From Balanoglossus misakiensis (lineage: Eukaryota; Animalia; Hemichordata), in the NCBI GenBank assembly GCA_040954595.2, contig CM082591.2, positions 7,678,047 to 7,742,046 of the forward strand: a stretch of DNA of 64,000 nucleotides, written 5' to 3'. Shown piece by piece: positions 1-13,800 of this stretch. The position numbers were made by a program, and so were the translations under genes. The stretch's first letter is position 1. Every line of letters begins with the position of its first letter. Below the pieces are notes generated by a model. That model was not told the DNA's origin and did no database searches. It was given only the letters and a program-made list of their open reading frames with translations.

Positions 1-260
1 CGACATATACGCACGAGCGATAGCGAGTGCGTATATGGAGTTGAACTGGTCAAAATCGAGTGGTATACCATGGCTGGGGTGTTTTATTGCTATTATATTA
101 TGCCGGTATATTGAAACTTGGCATAAAACATTTTAAAAAGGCATTTTCTTTGACTATGATATATGACTGTGGTATATGGCTAATATATCACGGTCACGTG
201 TCGTGTCTCGACCAATCAAATAGCGTGATTTACACCATCAATATACTGGTATAATATAAT
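1..260. repeat. Long-hairpin dispersed repeat, partial copy
   Basis: Near-identical to 21989-22249. Confidence 0.85.
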
Positions 261-953
261 TTAATTTATTTCATATACTATGTTCACAACTGCTATGCTC
301 CCATCAACTGGGAAACTGAATGATTGAACTTTCTGTTTGAATAATTCATGTATTTTTTTGCTACCACCTACACTGCTATAGTCAGCACATGACAGTATAT
401 ACTTGAAAATGGATAACTTTTTATCAAACCACTTCAGCTGATCTTGAATGCTGTCTGATATTTTTTTTTCAAAATGTATTTCTTTCACTTCTAGACTAGT
501 ACTTCTACTTGCACTGTTTTTTTTCAAAACCCATTTCTCATAGCTTGCACTGGTGCAATTTGATATGACAATACACAATGAATTCCATCAGTATAACATA
601 AGATACAAAATCTGAGGGGGAAATGACAGAATATATTTGTGTGAGGCCATTTGTGTGTGCGGGCCATTTTTAAGACTAAATTTAAAACAGTTATCAGAGC
701 CCTTGACAAGTGGTTTTTTCCCCTGCCAAGCAACCACCTTATCAAGCTTCATTCAATATTACATGAGCAAAACAGTTCAGCATTTCACCTAGGTGTTTGC
801 AAATTGTTCCTTTCACCCATATACCAAACCACTGTTCTCCAAACATGCTGCTCAATAATCATCCACTACACACTGAGAGAGCACCAAGTGTCCTTGACGC
901 TATTTTTTTATTTCTTTTTAATATCGAATCATTATTATTTTCAACAACAACAA

Positions 954-957
<4 letters not shown>

Positions 958-986
<29 letters not shown>
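958..986. repeat. poly(T) tract preceded by (CAA)n
   Basis: About 29 T in a row. Confidence 0.9.
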
Positions 987-1626
987 GAGATCGAGCGCCC
1001 TGTGCTTTGGAGAGCTGAACAAGAAACCATGGTTGATACTCAGAAAAAAATACTGGAAAAAATAGTCAAAACAGATTATGCCGGTAGTGCATGTACTGAT
1101 TGTACACAAAAGTAGTTGGGCCAAAGGGCTCAGTTACAGGTCAGAGTTCATTAGTGAAAAAATGAAATTCTACTTTGAAACCTTACATGTTTTATTTTCT
1201 TGTCAGATGTCAATAAGTCTCACCACAACATAATGAATGAACACGAGAGTGAAAAAAACTCACCAAAATGAATAATCAGTCTTTACCATTTATTCAGTTT
1301 GGGCGAGATTTTACTCGCATAATTGCTACATATGGGATGGAAGTTGTGTGTGGTCAAACCTTGATTCACTATATATCCACATGTAGAATAATATAAACAT
1401 TGTCTTGTATCAAACATAATTAATGAAAAAAAGGCAGCGAGAGAGAGACTTTGTCCCTTTAATCTTGCTGCTAGAAGGATTTGGAATTCTCATGGTTTGT
1501 CCCATCCCAATAGCAAACATTCCCAATATCCCGTCTTATATTTGGTTTTACCCATTTGATACCCTCTGTGCCTACAACTAATGTTTGTGTAAACTTAATC
1601 TGAAAAATAAAATTCTGTTTCCATTA

Positions 1627-2427
1627 GGCTGCATTCACAAACACCTCTGGAGGGGGGGGGGGGGAGAATTCAATTTTTTTTACCGCTAATTTTCACATGC
1701 CCCCCTATACAACCTGAAATATTTTGAAATCCCCCCCTTCCGAACTGCCAAAATTTTGAAATCCCCCCCCCCATTTTCTTTCACAGAGCAAAACACATCA
1801 CCTATCTATCTTGTAAAAAAGAAAAACAGCGCTCCCATGAAAAGAATTTGAAACTGATGTTTCCCCTCATCAGCGGGTATTAAAACTGAACATTGTTTTT
1901 ATTTTTTAAGTATTTGCAAATTCTGTGTTGGGAGACATTGTAAACCGAGAATTGAAGGGGGTGGGTTTGGGAGGGGGTGTCCCCCTCCCACGTAAGAAAA
2001 TTTTATAAAATACAGAGCTTAAAAATGCATTTTAATGAACCCGGCAAAAGCAAATTAACTCAACTACTGGTATGTTGGGGAGGACAAATTTAACCGTCGC
2101 CGCTCAAAGTTATCATGGGGTGGGGGCAAGTCCCCTGACCTGGGTCACTAGATAAACCAGTGAATGATTGAAAGGTGTTGATGAATTGAGGGGGTGGGTG
2201 TGGGAGGGGGTGTCCCCCTCCCACATTAGAAAATTTCATAAAATAAAGGGCGCGAAACTGCATTTTTGTGGACTCAAAATAAATATTTAGTCGTCAAAGT
2301 TTTCAAGTCCCCCCCTTTCAGTCCCTAAATTATTTCAAATCCCCCCCCTTACATACCCTCAATTTTTTCAAATACCCCCCCTCAATTCTCCTGCCCCTCC
2401 CCTCCAGAGGTGTTTGTGAATCCAGCC
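1627..2427. mobile_element. Non-autonomous PIF/Harbinger-like MITE family A, copy 1
   Basis: TIR ggctgcattcacaaacacctctggagggg; TTA on both sides; highly similar copies at 3411 and 47245. Confidence 0.88.
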
Positions 2428-3410
2428 TTAACACTCAATTTATTTGAATGTGTGTGGTTTCAATTAGATCTTTTTTGTAGTGCGCATTCCTACAGTCTCG
2501 TATAATACTTAGAATATTGTCATTTTCCTGATTTTTATATATATTGTGTGTCATTGAATTTTAAATACAAAAATAATGAGAAAACAGGGTGTTCATATTC
2601 TACTTTTCTAATTAGGAAGTTTCCAAGCTTGTGGAAAATGTTGAGTCAGCACTTTTCTTGCACTATGGTAGTTTTCCTATGGTGAAACTATCTGAACAGC
2701 TCTAATACAAAAACAAACATGGTGACATAGTATTTTCTTCATATCATCTAATAATACTCCTATTTTGGCAGCTTTTGTGAAAATTCAAGAAAACGACAAT
2801 ATTGCAATAGTGTTTTCTCAAAATTCTACATGTAAGGCTATGGAATATGTATAATGATGAACAAGTCCATCAATAACCCTTTCACTACTATAGTCCAGTC
2901 CAAATCCATTGTTCCAAAAAGAAGAGCTTTTTTCTCCTGTATTTAACAAACATTTTTTTGGTATTGTCTATTTTGAAATGTGTTATTTTAAGAAATTTCT
3001 GCTTCAGGAATTGAATAAAACATACTGTTCTCACATATTCTGTCTGGAGGTCTCCTCAGTGGTTGCATTGAACATGGATGTCTGAGACTTATTGTACAAT
3101 GTTACAATTTCACCATAAACACCCTTCTCACAAGTCTAGCGCCATCACGCAGGCATCATTCATGATGGCTGTGTGAGGGCGCTAGACTTATGGAAAGAGT
3201 GTAGTAGTCTTCTTCAGAGTGTGACATGAAATTTGCGTTTGTGGCCTGGCAACTTTCGAATCATTTCCAACCTTTCACTGAAAAGAGAGTCAAATGCAGC
3301 TCTTATGCCCACTGAGTAAAAAGTGTTGGTAGATGGTGCCGAAGGGAAAATCTGTAACTGCCTCAAAGAAAAAGGTGGACCGGTAATTGAATAAAAAAGT
3401 ATCTGTATAA

Positions 3411-4199
3411 GGCTGCATTCACAAACACCTCTGGAGGGGGGGGGGGGAGAATTCAATTTTTTTTACCGCTAATTTTCACATGCCCCCCGTACACTACCTG
3501 AAATATTTTCAAATCCCCCCCTTCCGAACTGCCAAAATTTTGAAATCCCCCCCCCCCCGCCCCATTTTCTTTCACAGAGCAAAACACATCACCTATCTAT
3601 CTTGTAAAAAAAGAAAAACAGCGCTGCCATGAAAAGAATTTGAAACTGATGTACCCCCTCACTGAACATTGTTTTTATTTCTTAAGTATTTGTATTCTGT
3701 GTTAGGAGACATTGTAAACCGATAATTGAAGGGTGTGGGTTTGGGAGGGGGTGTCCCCCTCCCACATAAGAAAATTTTATAAAATACAGAGCTCAAAGCT
3801 GCATTTTAATGAATCCGCCAAAAGCAAATTAACTCAACTACCGGTATGTTAGGGAGGACAAATTTAACCGTCGCCGCTCAAAGTTATCATGGGGTGGGGG
3901 CAAGTCCCCTGACCTGGGACACTAGATAAACCAGTCAATGATTGAAAGGTGTTGATGAATGGAGGGGTTGGGTGTGTGGGTGTGTGTCCCCCTCCCACAT
4001 TAGAAAATTTTGTAAAATAAAGGGCGCGAAACTGCATTTTTGTGGACTCAAAATAAATATTTAGTGGTCAAAGTTTTCAAGTCCCCCCCTTTCAGTCCCT
4101 AAATTATTTCAAATCCCCCCTTACATACCCTCAATTTTTTTCAAATCCCCCCCCCTCAATTCTCCCCCCCCCCCTCCAGAGGTGTTTGTGAATGCAGCC
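3411..4199. mobile_element. MITE family A, copy 2
   Basis: Same TIRs and body; left flank TAA, right flank AAA. Confidence 0.88.
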
Positions 4200-4688
4200 A
4201 AAGTGTAGCAGTGGCTGAAAAAAATATTGCTGACTGACCCCCCTCCAGAAATCAAATGGTTCTCTCCTTATTCCAGAACCACATCAAAACACTGGGTATC
4301 ATAGGTGAGCGTTAAAATATGAGAGTGCGGCGTTTTCTTGAAATGGTAAATAAAATACTTTATGAAAAGTAAACCACCGTCGGTCGACTTCGAACATTTA
4401 TGGAGTGATGCAGTATTTTCTTCCACGCATTCAAATGTAGGTCACAAGAGCTAAAGGTCAAAATGAATGTACTACGGACCATATTAATAAAAGGTACTTT
4501 ATTTATCAGGAAAATACTGTAACCCTTTATTGGCCAATGCATACTGCAGCCAGTGTCATCAACATGATCAAAATACCCACAATCCTCTGCAGTAAACCAA
4601 CATGGCGGCCCCCATATGAAAGTGTCCACACGACAACACGCTCTTGTCCCGATAAAAATTGGACCATTAACCTCGTTAGAACACCATC

Positions 4689-4817
4689 ATGTCGAAGGAG
4701 GGACTTTATAAACTGCTACAGCGACAAACGTACACTTGTTTGTCGCATAGAAATGGAATGTTTTTATGTTTAGGGGGCGTGCTGCTCACTTTGATTTCGG
4801 CGTTTCAGTTTGGCGAG
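4689..4817 (+). CDS. GNPTAB: GNPTAB exon 1 (cytosolic tail and TM1)
   Basis: [21 protein letters not shown]...SAFQFGE, then donor GTAGGT. Confidence 0.95.
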
Positions 4818-7800
4818 GTAGGTCACGATCACTTTTGTTGTTTGCGGCGTGGCACGGCTGTGGGGTCGGGCTGTGTTGTCACTGACTGCGGTTGCGGGAC
4901 GAATTCAAAGTCGGAGACATGTTCTTGATCGTGTGAAACCTCTTAAAGTTGACGGTCCGGGTGAGGTATACCGCAACAATTTTTTTTTACGGGCCGACGG
5001 GTATATGTATTTAAAAATAAATGCACGAATTTATGTACATGATTCCCTGCAATGAAAAAACGTGTGTACTGTTGCCCCTGGCGACCTGAATTATAGGGTT
5101 TAGCGGTGCCACGTTTGTTAAATTAAGTTGTGTCTCCCGATCGAGGTCATTCTCCCACATCCCTCAATCAGTAATGACTGCTATGCAACACACGTTATTT
5201 TAGATTTGGAGATTTTATAACTAAAATGAAGAACATGGCTAAAAAATGCACTCAAATTAACAGTAGAAATTTTCTGATATAACCAGAAAATGGGGGAAAT
5301 ATATATAAAGTCTAAAAGTAAATGCACACCAATTTTCAAAGCAGTCTGACCAGAGTTCTTGATTTTTTTTTAGTTTTGACTGATTTAAAATTTTCCCTGC
5401 TCATCTGCATATTTTTGGTAGAGACAACTTTATTTAGTGTTCACACAAGACATACTCTTAAGTCACTGGCCAGCAAGCATAGCCAGCTTAACCAAAGTGC
5501 TGAGCTATCAGCAGAAGGAAAAACAGGATATTCTCTCAATTCACCATCATACTACTCTTTGCTTGTAGGTTGCCTTAGAATGGAGTAAAGTGCAATATGA
5601 AGTGTTGTTCAGTGTGTATTCTGATAATATTGTTTCCCGGTCTTTTCAAGATAGGTAAGTGTATACATGAAGGTGATATACTTTATAACACATTTTTTGC
5701 GAAGATGAATTTTTGAAAACTTCACGAGAGCCAAAAACATGTGAAAATAAAGTAGCTTTAAAATGTTTTTTTTTTTTTTTAGATAACTGCAGTGAGTGAA
5801 ATACGAGAGAACGAAGATTAAAGGGTCAAAGTCTCTTTCGCTGCCCTTTTCCCAAATCCATGTTTGATACAATACACCCTTTATGTTATTCTACATGTGG
5901 ATATATAGTGAATCAACGTTCGACCACACACAACTTCCATCCTGCTTGTAGACACGAGAGTGAAACAACTCGCCAAAATGAATAATTTGTCTTTACCATA
6001 AATTCATTTTTGCGAGTTTTTTACTCTCATATCCTACAAATCAACATGTAGAATAACATAAAAGTGTTTTGTATCAAACATAATTAATGGGAAAAGGGCA
6101 GCGAGAGAGAGAGACTTTATCTCTTTAATCATCATGTAACAGTTGCCTATTTTGATATGTTAGAGTTGTTTTGGTGTGTTAGAGTCCGTTTCAGTGGTTG
6201 AAATGTGATAATCATGATGTCATATTTTTTTCTGATTTCAGGATGTGCCTGCCTGTTCCAATAGATGTTGTATACACATGGGTGAATGGAAGTGATCCAC
6301 AGCTGTTGGCAGATTTAAAAAGAGTCAAAGCACAGATGGAGGTGAAAAATGTCACCAACAAACCTCATTCCGTTGGTGGTGTGTATATTGAGGGCAACCA
6401 TACAAAGTAAGTGATTTCTGAAAGGTACAGGGTCACCTGCAATTTACATACATGTACCGTACATAAATGACAACAATGGCATATCTGAGTGATCTAAAGA
6501 ATATGGTGGGGTTCATATAGAATTTAGGCCGATGCAAATTCGCATGTGTGGATGCGTTACGTCAGGCCTAGTTGACGCCTTCGCGTGTTCATATGTGGTA
6601 AGGCAGCTGTGTGTAAAATAGTTAAGACAAAATCTCAGTCGGCCCAAATTCAGGGATCAGTCTACAGTCGAACCTGTCTCTAGTGGCCAGTCAAGGGATT
6701 TTCCTAAACTGGCCTTTATAGACAGGTGGCCTTTGTAGACAGGTCAATCCAATTAATGTGCATTTTAATTGGGCAGGGACTGTTACAAAGTGGCCAGCAT
6801 ATAGAGGTGGCCACTAACACAGGTTTGACTGTAGTGTGGACGCGGCCCAAATCTATTCCCCAAAGTACAGTTATATGTCAACCTAAAATTTCAGTCGAAT
6901 GTGATCAACGTTACAGTACAAGCTGTGTGGACTGATTTTATTTTCCAATATGAGATGATTGTTCTCATAACTCTGTTGATCCTGCAATGACAAGTTGTTA
7001 TATCAGTGAGAATGACTTGTTTCTATTTTTTTGTTTTTTTTTCCCTAGAGAAGTCAAGTGCCGCTTCAAAGACTGTGTCCTGTCCAATTTTCTGATTCTT
7101 GACACCATACTCTCAAGCGAGATTACTCTAGATCAGTTGAAAGAGGAAAACCCAGAGTTACAGTCAGCAGTTCGCATCTATAATATCTCCATGGTGACAG
7201 AGGGAGGACGAAATTACACCATTATTCAGTTTCCATGGAAACAGAGTGGTATGTGTATTCAGAGTGCATAAATTATCGTTATAGTAACATCTTGCTGCCA
7301 AGTACCTTTAGTATGACATTTAATTTCTAGACGCTGCAAAGCTGGGCCCTATCTACTGAATCTCATTCATACCTTTACATCCTTTGTGGAACTGTATCCC
7401 ACACTTTGGTACATGGTGTAGGGATTTATAGAATCTCACACTCCCAAGGTCCTAGGATCATATTTCTCACACGAGTTGGGGATTGTTGTTCTCATGAACC
7501 GAAGGTGAGTGTGGGACAAAATATCCCTGAGGAGTGTGAGAAATATGATCCCAGGTCCTTGGTGTTTGAGATTATATTTCTCACACGGTCACAAATTAGC
7601 CAAATTCACATTAGAAACATTGAATAATGGACTGTGTAACTGTCGTCTGGCACGTTGTAGTTTCTGTCCATATAATACACATCGCACCATTGGATAAAAT
7701 TTAGTGCGCGTTAATGAAAGAACTTTTTGTCATCCAATCGGCGCTCCACATCATATAGGGCTTTCGATTCCGTGAGTGTGGGATCGATTTGTTCTCACAC

Positions 7801-10800
7801 TGATCTCACACTCTCAGCATGCCAGGAGTGTGAGAAAATGAGGTTATGTTGTCTTAGGTACTTCAGGCATTTGCAATTACCTGTATCTGTTATGTTTCAA
7901 ATCATCTTGGAAATTATTTTCCTATTTAACCTTGCTTGAGATATGCCTCCAGGTATCATGATTTGTTTGCCGTTGTCTGTCTGAAGGGAGTGGCATTATC
8001 TTTGCAATCTTTTTTAATGCGCTCACGTATGTTGCTTAACTCTATCCCATTCATGAATCTTACATGTCCTGAAACTTGGAATAAAACTGAGTCAATTACA
8101 TGCTGTACTTTTAACTCTTGTCTTTGCAGTCAGTGTGTCATCAGAACAACATCTATTTGTATTTGGACGAAATATCTCAACATCAACAGGATTCTTGGTA
8201 AGTCTGGCAGTAGATGTACAGACCGTTTTATCAGGGCTGCAAGATTTGCGATTTGTACAATTTGGAATTTAAGTGTGACCCACCTGTCAGATTTTACAGA
8301 GGTCCAACTTTACCATAGAAAACATTGGATGTGGTTCAAATCATGGTGGTGAAAGGCTTAAGGGGGGGGGGGGGAGGGGTACATGGCTTAGTCGAAATTG
8401 GAGAACAACGGTCTTGACACTATTTTCACAGTACCATTAGAGGAGGCATCATAGTCCAGTGGCTAGAGCAATAGACTCATGATTATAGAATCATGAGTTC
8501 AAGCCCTGGCGTGGATGTGGTGTTGTGTCCTTGAGCATGGCACATTACTTCTCATTGCTTCTCCCCTCCCAGGAGAAATGGGTACCTGGTAGGATAGAGA
8601 TTGTAATGTGTGTGTTTAGCTCTGCTGCTCTGTATAATGGCTGCACATGTCAGCTGATACTTGCTCACCAGGGAGTTGGAGGGAATTGAATTAGGTCCAA
8701 TGACCTGGGGTATTAATTGTAAAGTGCCTTGAACACAATTGAGGATATGTGCGCTGTAAAGGGCTTGAACAGAATATGTGTGCTATAAGATCTTACTATT
8801 ATTATTATTTGGTTGGAGACATTTCTAAGTTTCTTTTTATGTTTCAGACAAGTGATTGGACAGCAGAACACAGTGTTACCCTTGAAGATACAGCGTTAAT
8901 GCTTGGCTTACCAGAAGGTGTACAAGAAAATGAAGTCTGGGACAAAATACCAATGCAGTACCGAGATGCTGTTGAAAATGTAAGCATTTCCTGATTTAGC
9001 TCGTTCTGGAGCTCTGTTCAATTCTGGCTGCCGTAAATAAGTTTTTACTTCATGCTAGGGGGTCAAATCACATTATAATAATTATATTCTGGGTAAAAGG
9101 TCGACAACTTATTTGTAGTTAGAGATAGAAGAAATGATATGTTGACTGTATTTCATGACTTCCTTTGGTCAAAGTGTCAACAGAACCCAATTATCCCTGT
9201 GGGATACAGTTCCACTAAGGATACGTCTTTTTGCATAAAGAGGGCGCTCTTCCAAAACATTGCATCATCTCCAAGGAGACGGAGTGAAAACGAGGCAAAT
9301 AGGTCACAGAGTATTGCTCCAGCTCGTCTGGTTTGTTCTATATATGATACACTTTGCGTGTAAAACTTACCTTATAGTATAATGTGGCTGTTGAACGCTG
9401 GTCCCACCTATAGCGATGATACAAAAGACGATAAAGTATTTACTCTGTGACCTCGTTTGTGCATCTTTGAAGGGCGACCTCTTTATGAAAAAGCGTGTCC
9501 TTTATGTTTTGCAGAGTAAAACAAGAAAAACAGCACTTGATAACCAAGACAAAAAAACTAAGAAAAATCCCAAAGTTGGAGTTAGTAGAGCTTGACCTCT
9601 CATCTTTGTCTTTTTTTCAGATTGATCTCTATGAAGATCACTCTCTTGCAGTCATTACAATACCAGATAGGAATATATTCAAACAGTACATGTCTGAGGT
9701 TAGTCACACTTCACCAGTTTCTATGCTATTTGCAACTGGCTGTGGATATTGTCTTGTTACAAAGTACAAATTCAAGGCGTACGGTGACAAGAATTAAGTC
9801 TAACTTGAATATGCAGTCTACATTGTTGCTGTATGTACAGGTTGAAATGTAAAAAAATAGTCCTCATTTCCGGTCAGAATAACGGCCTCAAATCCCTCAG
9901 TTTCCTCATGGGCTCACAGCAACTCGAAAGTCTTGCATCATTGAACCTGAAGGAAAGACATGTGACAGATATTTATTTGCCTACAGCCAGTCATGATGGC
10001 TGATAACGGCTGATTTTATAAATAATTAGTTTTATATCAAAGTTCATTTCAGTGTAATTAAACGCGACTGTTCAATTTCATGTCCAATTCTCTGCACATG
10101 TTCGTATTATGATGGTGTAGTTTTTGCCATGCACCTTCCTAAAATCTCCCCAGTCTTGTGAAATGAAGCTGAATAATAATCTTTGCCACAACTCAGATTA
10201 ATTTACAGGCAGATGAACTCTACCCTGAAGGAAGTGATATCCGAGTTGTTGCTGCTAATCTAGTCTGGCTGTTGCATTATGTAAGTTTACTTTTTTTGTC
10301 CCATTTCTGCCACTGTCTACTCTATGCTGGTAAATTTGGTACAAAATGAGGCAGCCATTTTGCTAGTCTGGAATCCAGACTCTTGTTTCTTTTCTTCGCT
10401 TTGCTCATTCCACACACGGTCTAGCATTTTTGTCTTCAATTTTGAGTTTTTGCTATTTGCATGTCAAAAGACTCTAATCATGGCAACTCAGGTCACTGCT
10501 CACCATGTGATCATGATCATGACCTCTTAGAAGTCAATTATAACTTGATCGACAACTGATTGGCTGAATTAATGAGCAGGGGTGTTGCTCAATCTCAGTG
10601 ACTTGAGTTGCCATGGTTAGAGCCGTGGGCCCCATGATTATAAAGTTAAACTTTTCTATATCCACAATATATTTCAGGGAGATCATCAGAATGAAGATAT
10701 TGCAGCAAACAGATTTGAAGACAACGAGGTAATTATTGTAATAGAGTAAATTTTATTACAAATTGGGTGTGCTCGTGCAATGCGTATTTTCACGACAGGA

Positions 10801-13800
10801 AACCAGCTGATCGAGTATGGAGCAATATGCCACTTGTTTATTCCACAGCTGAGGCACACCTTTTTGCAGTTGTCATTAACTAGGTGTTGTTTTCTCATTA
10901 GAAAATATGATGATCGTCTTGTGACAGGCTTCGTGAGCTACACATCGTACGTTCGCTGATGTTAAAATCTTCCAAATGTAGACTTCATGGTTGGTAATTT
11001 CAACACTGTTGATCGTCAACAGCACGAGAAAAATAACTGAAAACAGTTATATGGGGTACATTTGATAAATCACTTCAGGTCAGGTCGTGATTTCGCTATC
11101 CAGCACAATCCAACCAGCCGGCCCTCTCCCCTTGTCTTGTAAGGCAAGGTAGGAGGTCAGCTGGAGGTCAGGCGGTAGGAAAAGTTCGCCAAAAGAGGGC
11201 GCGAGCAGGGCAGCCTTAGAGTATTGATAAGAGACAGGTTAGAATCGTACCAGTAAGAGGAAGACATAAGAAAAAAAGGCTGATGGACAACAAACTCATT
11301 CAGTTTCTATCCCTGAATAAATCCCTGTGGGTATACAATGATTATGTAGCCATCCTGTAAGCTTTGTTGTACTGTAATGTAATTTTTAATTAATGTTTTT
11401 TTAAATCTTATTTTATTTTAGGAGTTGAGATACTCGCTTCGTTCCATAGAAAAGAATGCACCCTGGGTTCGACAGATTTTCATTGTTACCAATGGCCAGA
11501 TACCTTCCTGGTTGAATTTAGACAATCCAAGATTGACAGTGGTAACACATGAGGTATGTATTAAATTGCTGTGGCTTTGTGAGACATACTGTTGTGGGCT
11601 GTGTCTGTGTAATGTTATGCCTTTGTGAGTGATAGATCAGGAATGATCAAGTTTGGCACCTACATTCTAGAACTAATCCTTTTTGAAAGGTGTGGTTGGT
11701 AGTGCATAGTATGGCATAGTATATTGAACTTAAAGCCCTAAGAGCTGTCACTTTTTACATTTTTTTCATGATTTTACTTTCCAACATAGATGGGTCCATT
11801 TAAATAAGCTTAGGTATACACGAACATCTTATCGCCGCCTGTTTGTGGCTGTCTGTACATATGTGTTGCAATTTGAAGTGTTATAGTAAACGTGTGCCAG
11901 CTTCCATTAAAACAGTAGGCAGCTGTCGTGGTATGTGTCGCCGAGAGATGACAAACTGATGCAAATATTAGTAATGTGGCTTAATGGTGACATTATTTTA
12001 CAAAAAATTTGATCCAAAAGCGACAAAGTCATTTACAATTCTAATTTCATCTCGTTTGTTCACAGGAAATTTTTCTCAATAAAAGTCATCTGCCAACATT
12101 TGCGTCCCCTGCAATAGAAAGCCATCTCCACAGAATACCGGGGCTGTCTCAAAAATTCATCTATCTCAATGATGATGTCATGTTTGGTAAACCAGTCTGG
12201 CCAGACGATTTCTACACACACTCCAATGGACAGAAGGCAAGTAATCAGAAGTCAATATGCCTTTTTCATATAGAGGGCGCCCTTCCAAAACATTGTGTCA
12301 TCTCCATGTAGACGACACGAAAATGAGGCCAGTAAAGTCACAGATTACTGCTGGAGCTCTTCTGGTTTATTCTATACATGATACAAGTTGCGTGTAAACT
12401 TTATCTTATAATAAAACGTGGTTGTCGAACATCTTTCACCAACTATAGCTATGATACACAATGATGATACAGTTTTTACTCTGTGACCTACTGACCTCAT
12501 TTTTGCATCGTCTTGGAAGGACGCCCTGTTCACGAAAAAGGCGTATTGCTCTTTTTATCAAATTTAAGAAAATTGCAACCAATGAAGATCCATTTTTTGC
12601 TGAATGGGCCATCCAGCCAAAATCTGCAGTATAAAAAAAGAAATGTTCACTACAGAACTGTTTCAATTACAGAATTTACCCCACTCTCCATTGACAAAGT
12701 TTCTGCTATAACCTTCAATCACAAAGTTTCTGTTGTGCATTCCAGTGAGGACCTCTACCAATCACAAGTACTTTCTTCCTAATTTCTGCAGGTATATCTA
12801 ACATGGCCTGTTCCCAATTGTAATGAAGGGTGTCCATCTTCCTGGATTAAAGACGGCTATTGTGATAAAGCCTGTAACATATCAGAATGTGAATGGGATG
12901 GTGGTGATTGTGACGGTATGTAAATCACTTAGTACCTTTAAAACATTTCTGATCAACTAAAAGGGTGACGGTCATCTTATGCACATGTGCCAAACCAGAG
13001 ACTCTGGTTACAAAATTTGTATACAGTCAATGCCACAAGACAGTGTGCTGTCCTAACAACAGACAAGATGGCAGCGACCATAGTTTGTGTCGGAGATCGG
13101 GAAAAGACGGCGAATTCGGTGAAAGAAGGGACAAAAAGATGTTGCCTATTCGCAGTCACATAGAGGCATATAATTAAAGTCACATTTGTTAAATCATGAC
13201 AGAGTCTTTAATATTGTATTTTCCATGTGTCTAAGCTGTTTTAAATTTTGGTGTAAAGTTCCCATGGATTATCAATGTCAAATTTGTTGAAAATTATTGC
13301 ATCACAAATTTGCCTTTATATCTCTGCTGTCAAGTTTGTCTGAGTCTCAAAAGAAGTGTGCCATTTAATTCAGAAGCAATTGTCTTGTTTATAATGCAGA
13401 ATATGACAGTCGCTAGGTGGCTTGTTGCTATATATGCTGATATGCCACTGATCAGTTTTTCCTAATATAGACTGATGGGGTTTCTGTCTATAGTGGCCAG
13501 TCAAGGGACTTTCCTAAACTGCTTTTATAGACAGGCCAATAAAATACATGTTTATTGCACAAGGATTGTAACAGCATGTCCATTACATAGAATTGGCCAC
13601 TAACATAGGTTTGACTGCACTAGCCATAAAATATCCAGAGAATACTTTGTTTGAAAGGGGTGTGTGTTTCCTATCAATTGTCTTGTTTATAATGCAGAAT
13701 ATGACAGTCGCTAGGTCGCTTGTTGCTATATGTTGATATGCCGCTAATCATTTTTTCCAAATATAGACTGATTGGGTTTCTGGCTGTTACTAGCCATAAA

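Noticed and set aside
261-1124. ORFs 261-578, 651-1115 and 918-1124, and a possible retrocopy ending at the poly(T)
   Set aside because: No recognisable homology, frames run through homopolymer, and no TSD or consistent splice structure was found.
3214-3276. Possible minus-strand terminal exon (ctcttttcag / ERLEMIRKLPGHKRKFHVTL*) of a gene divergent from GNPTAB
   Set aside because: I could not link it to an upstream exon or recognise the peptide; transcript data would be needed.
8444-8520. tRNA gene
   Set aside because: A and B boxes are present but there is no proper cloverleaf, and it continues into a SINE body and tail.
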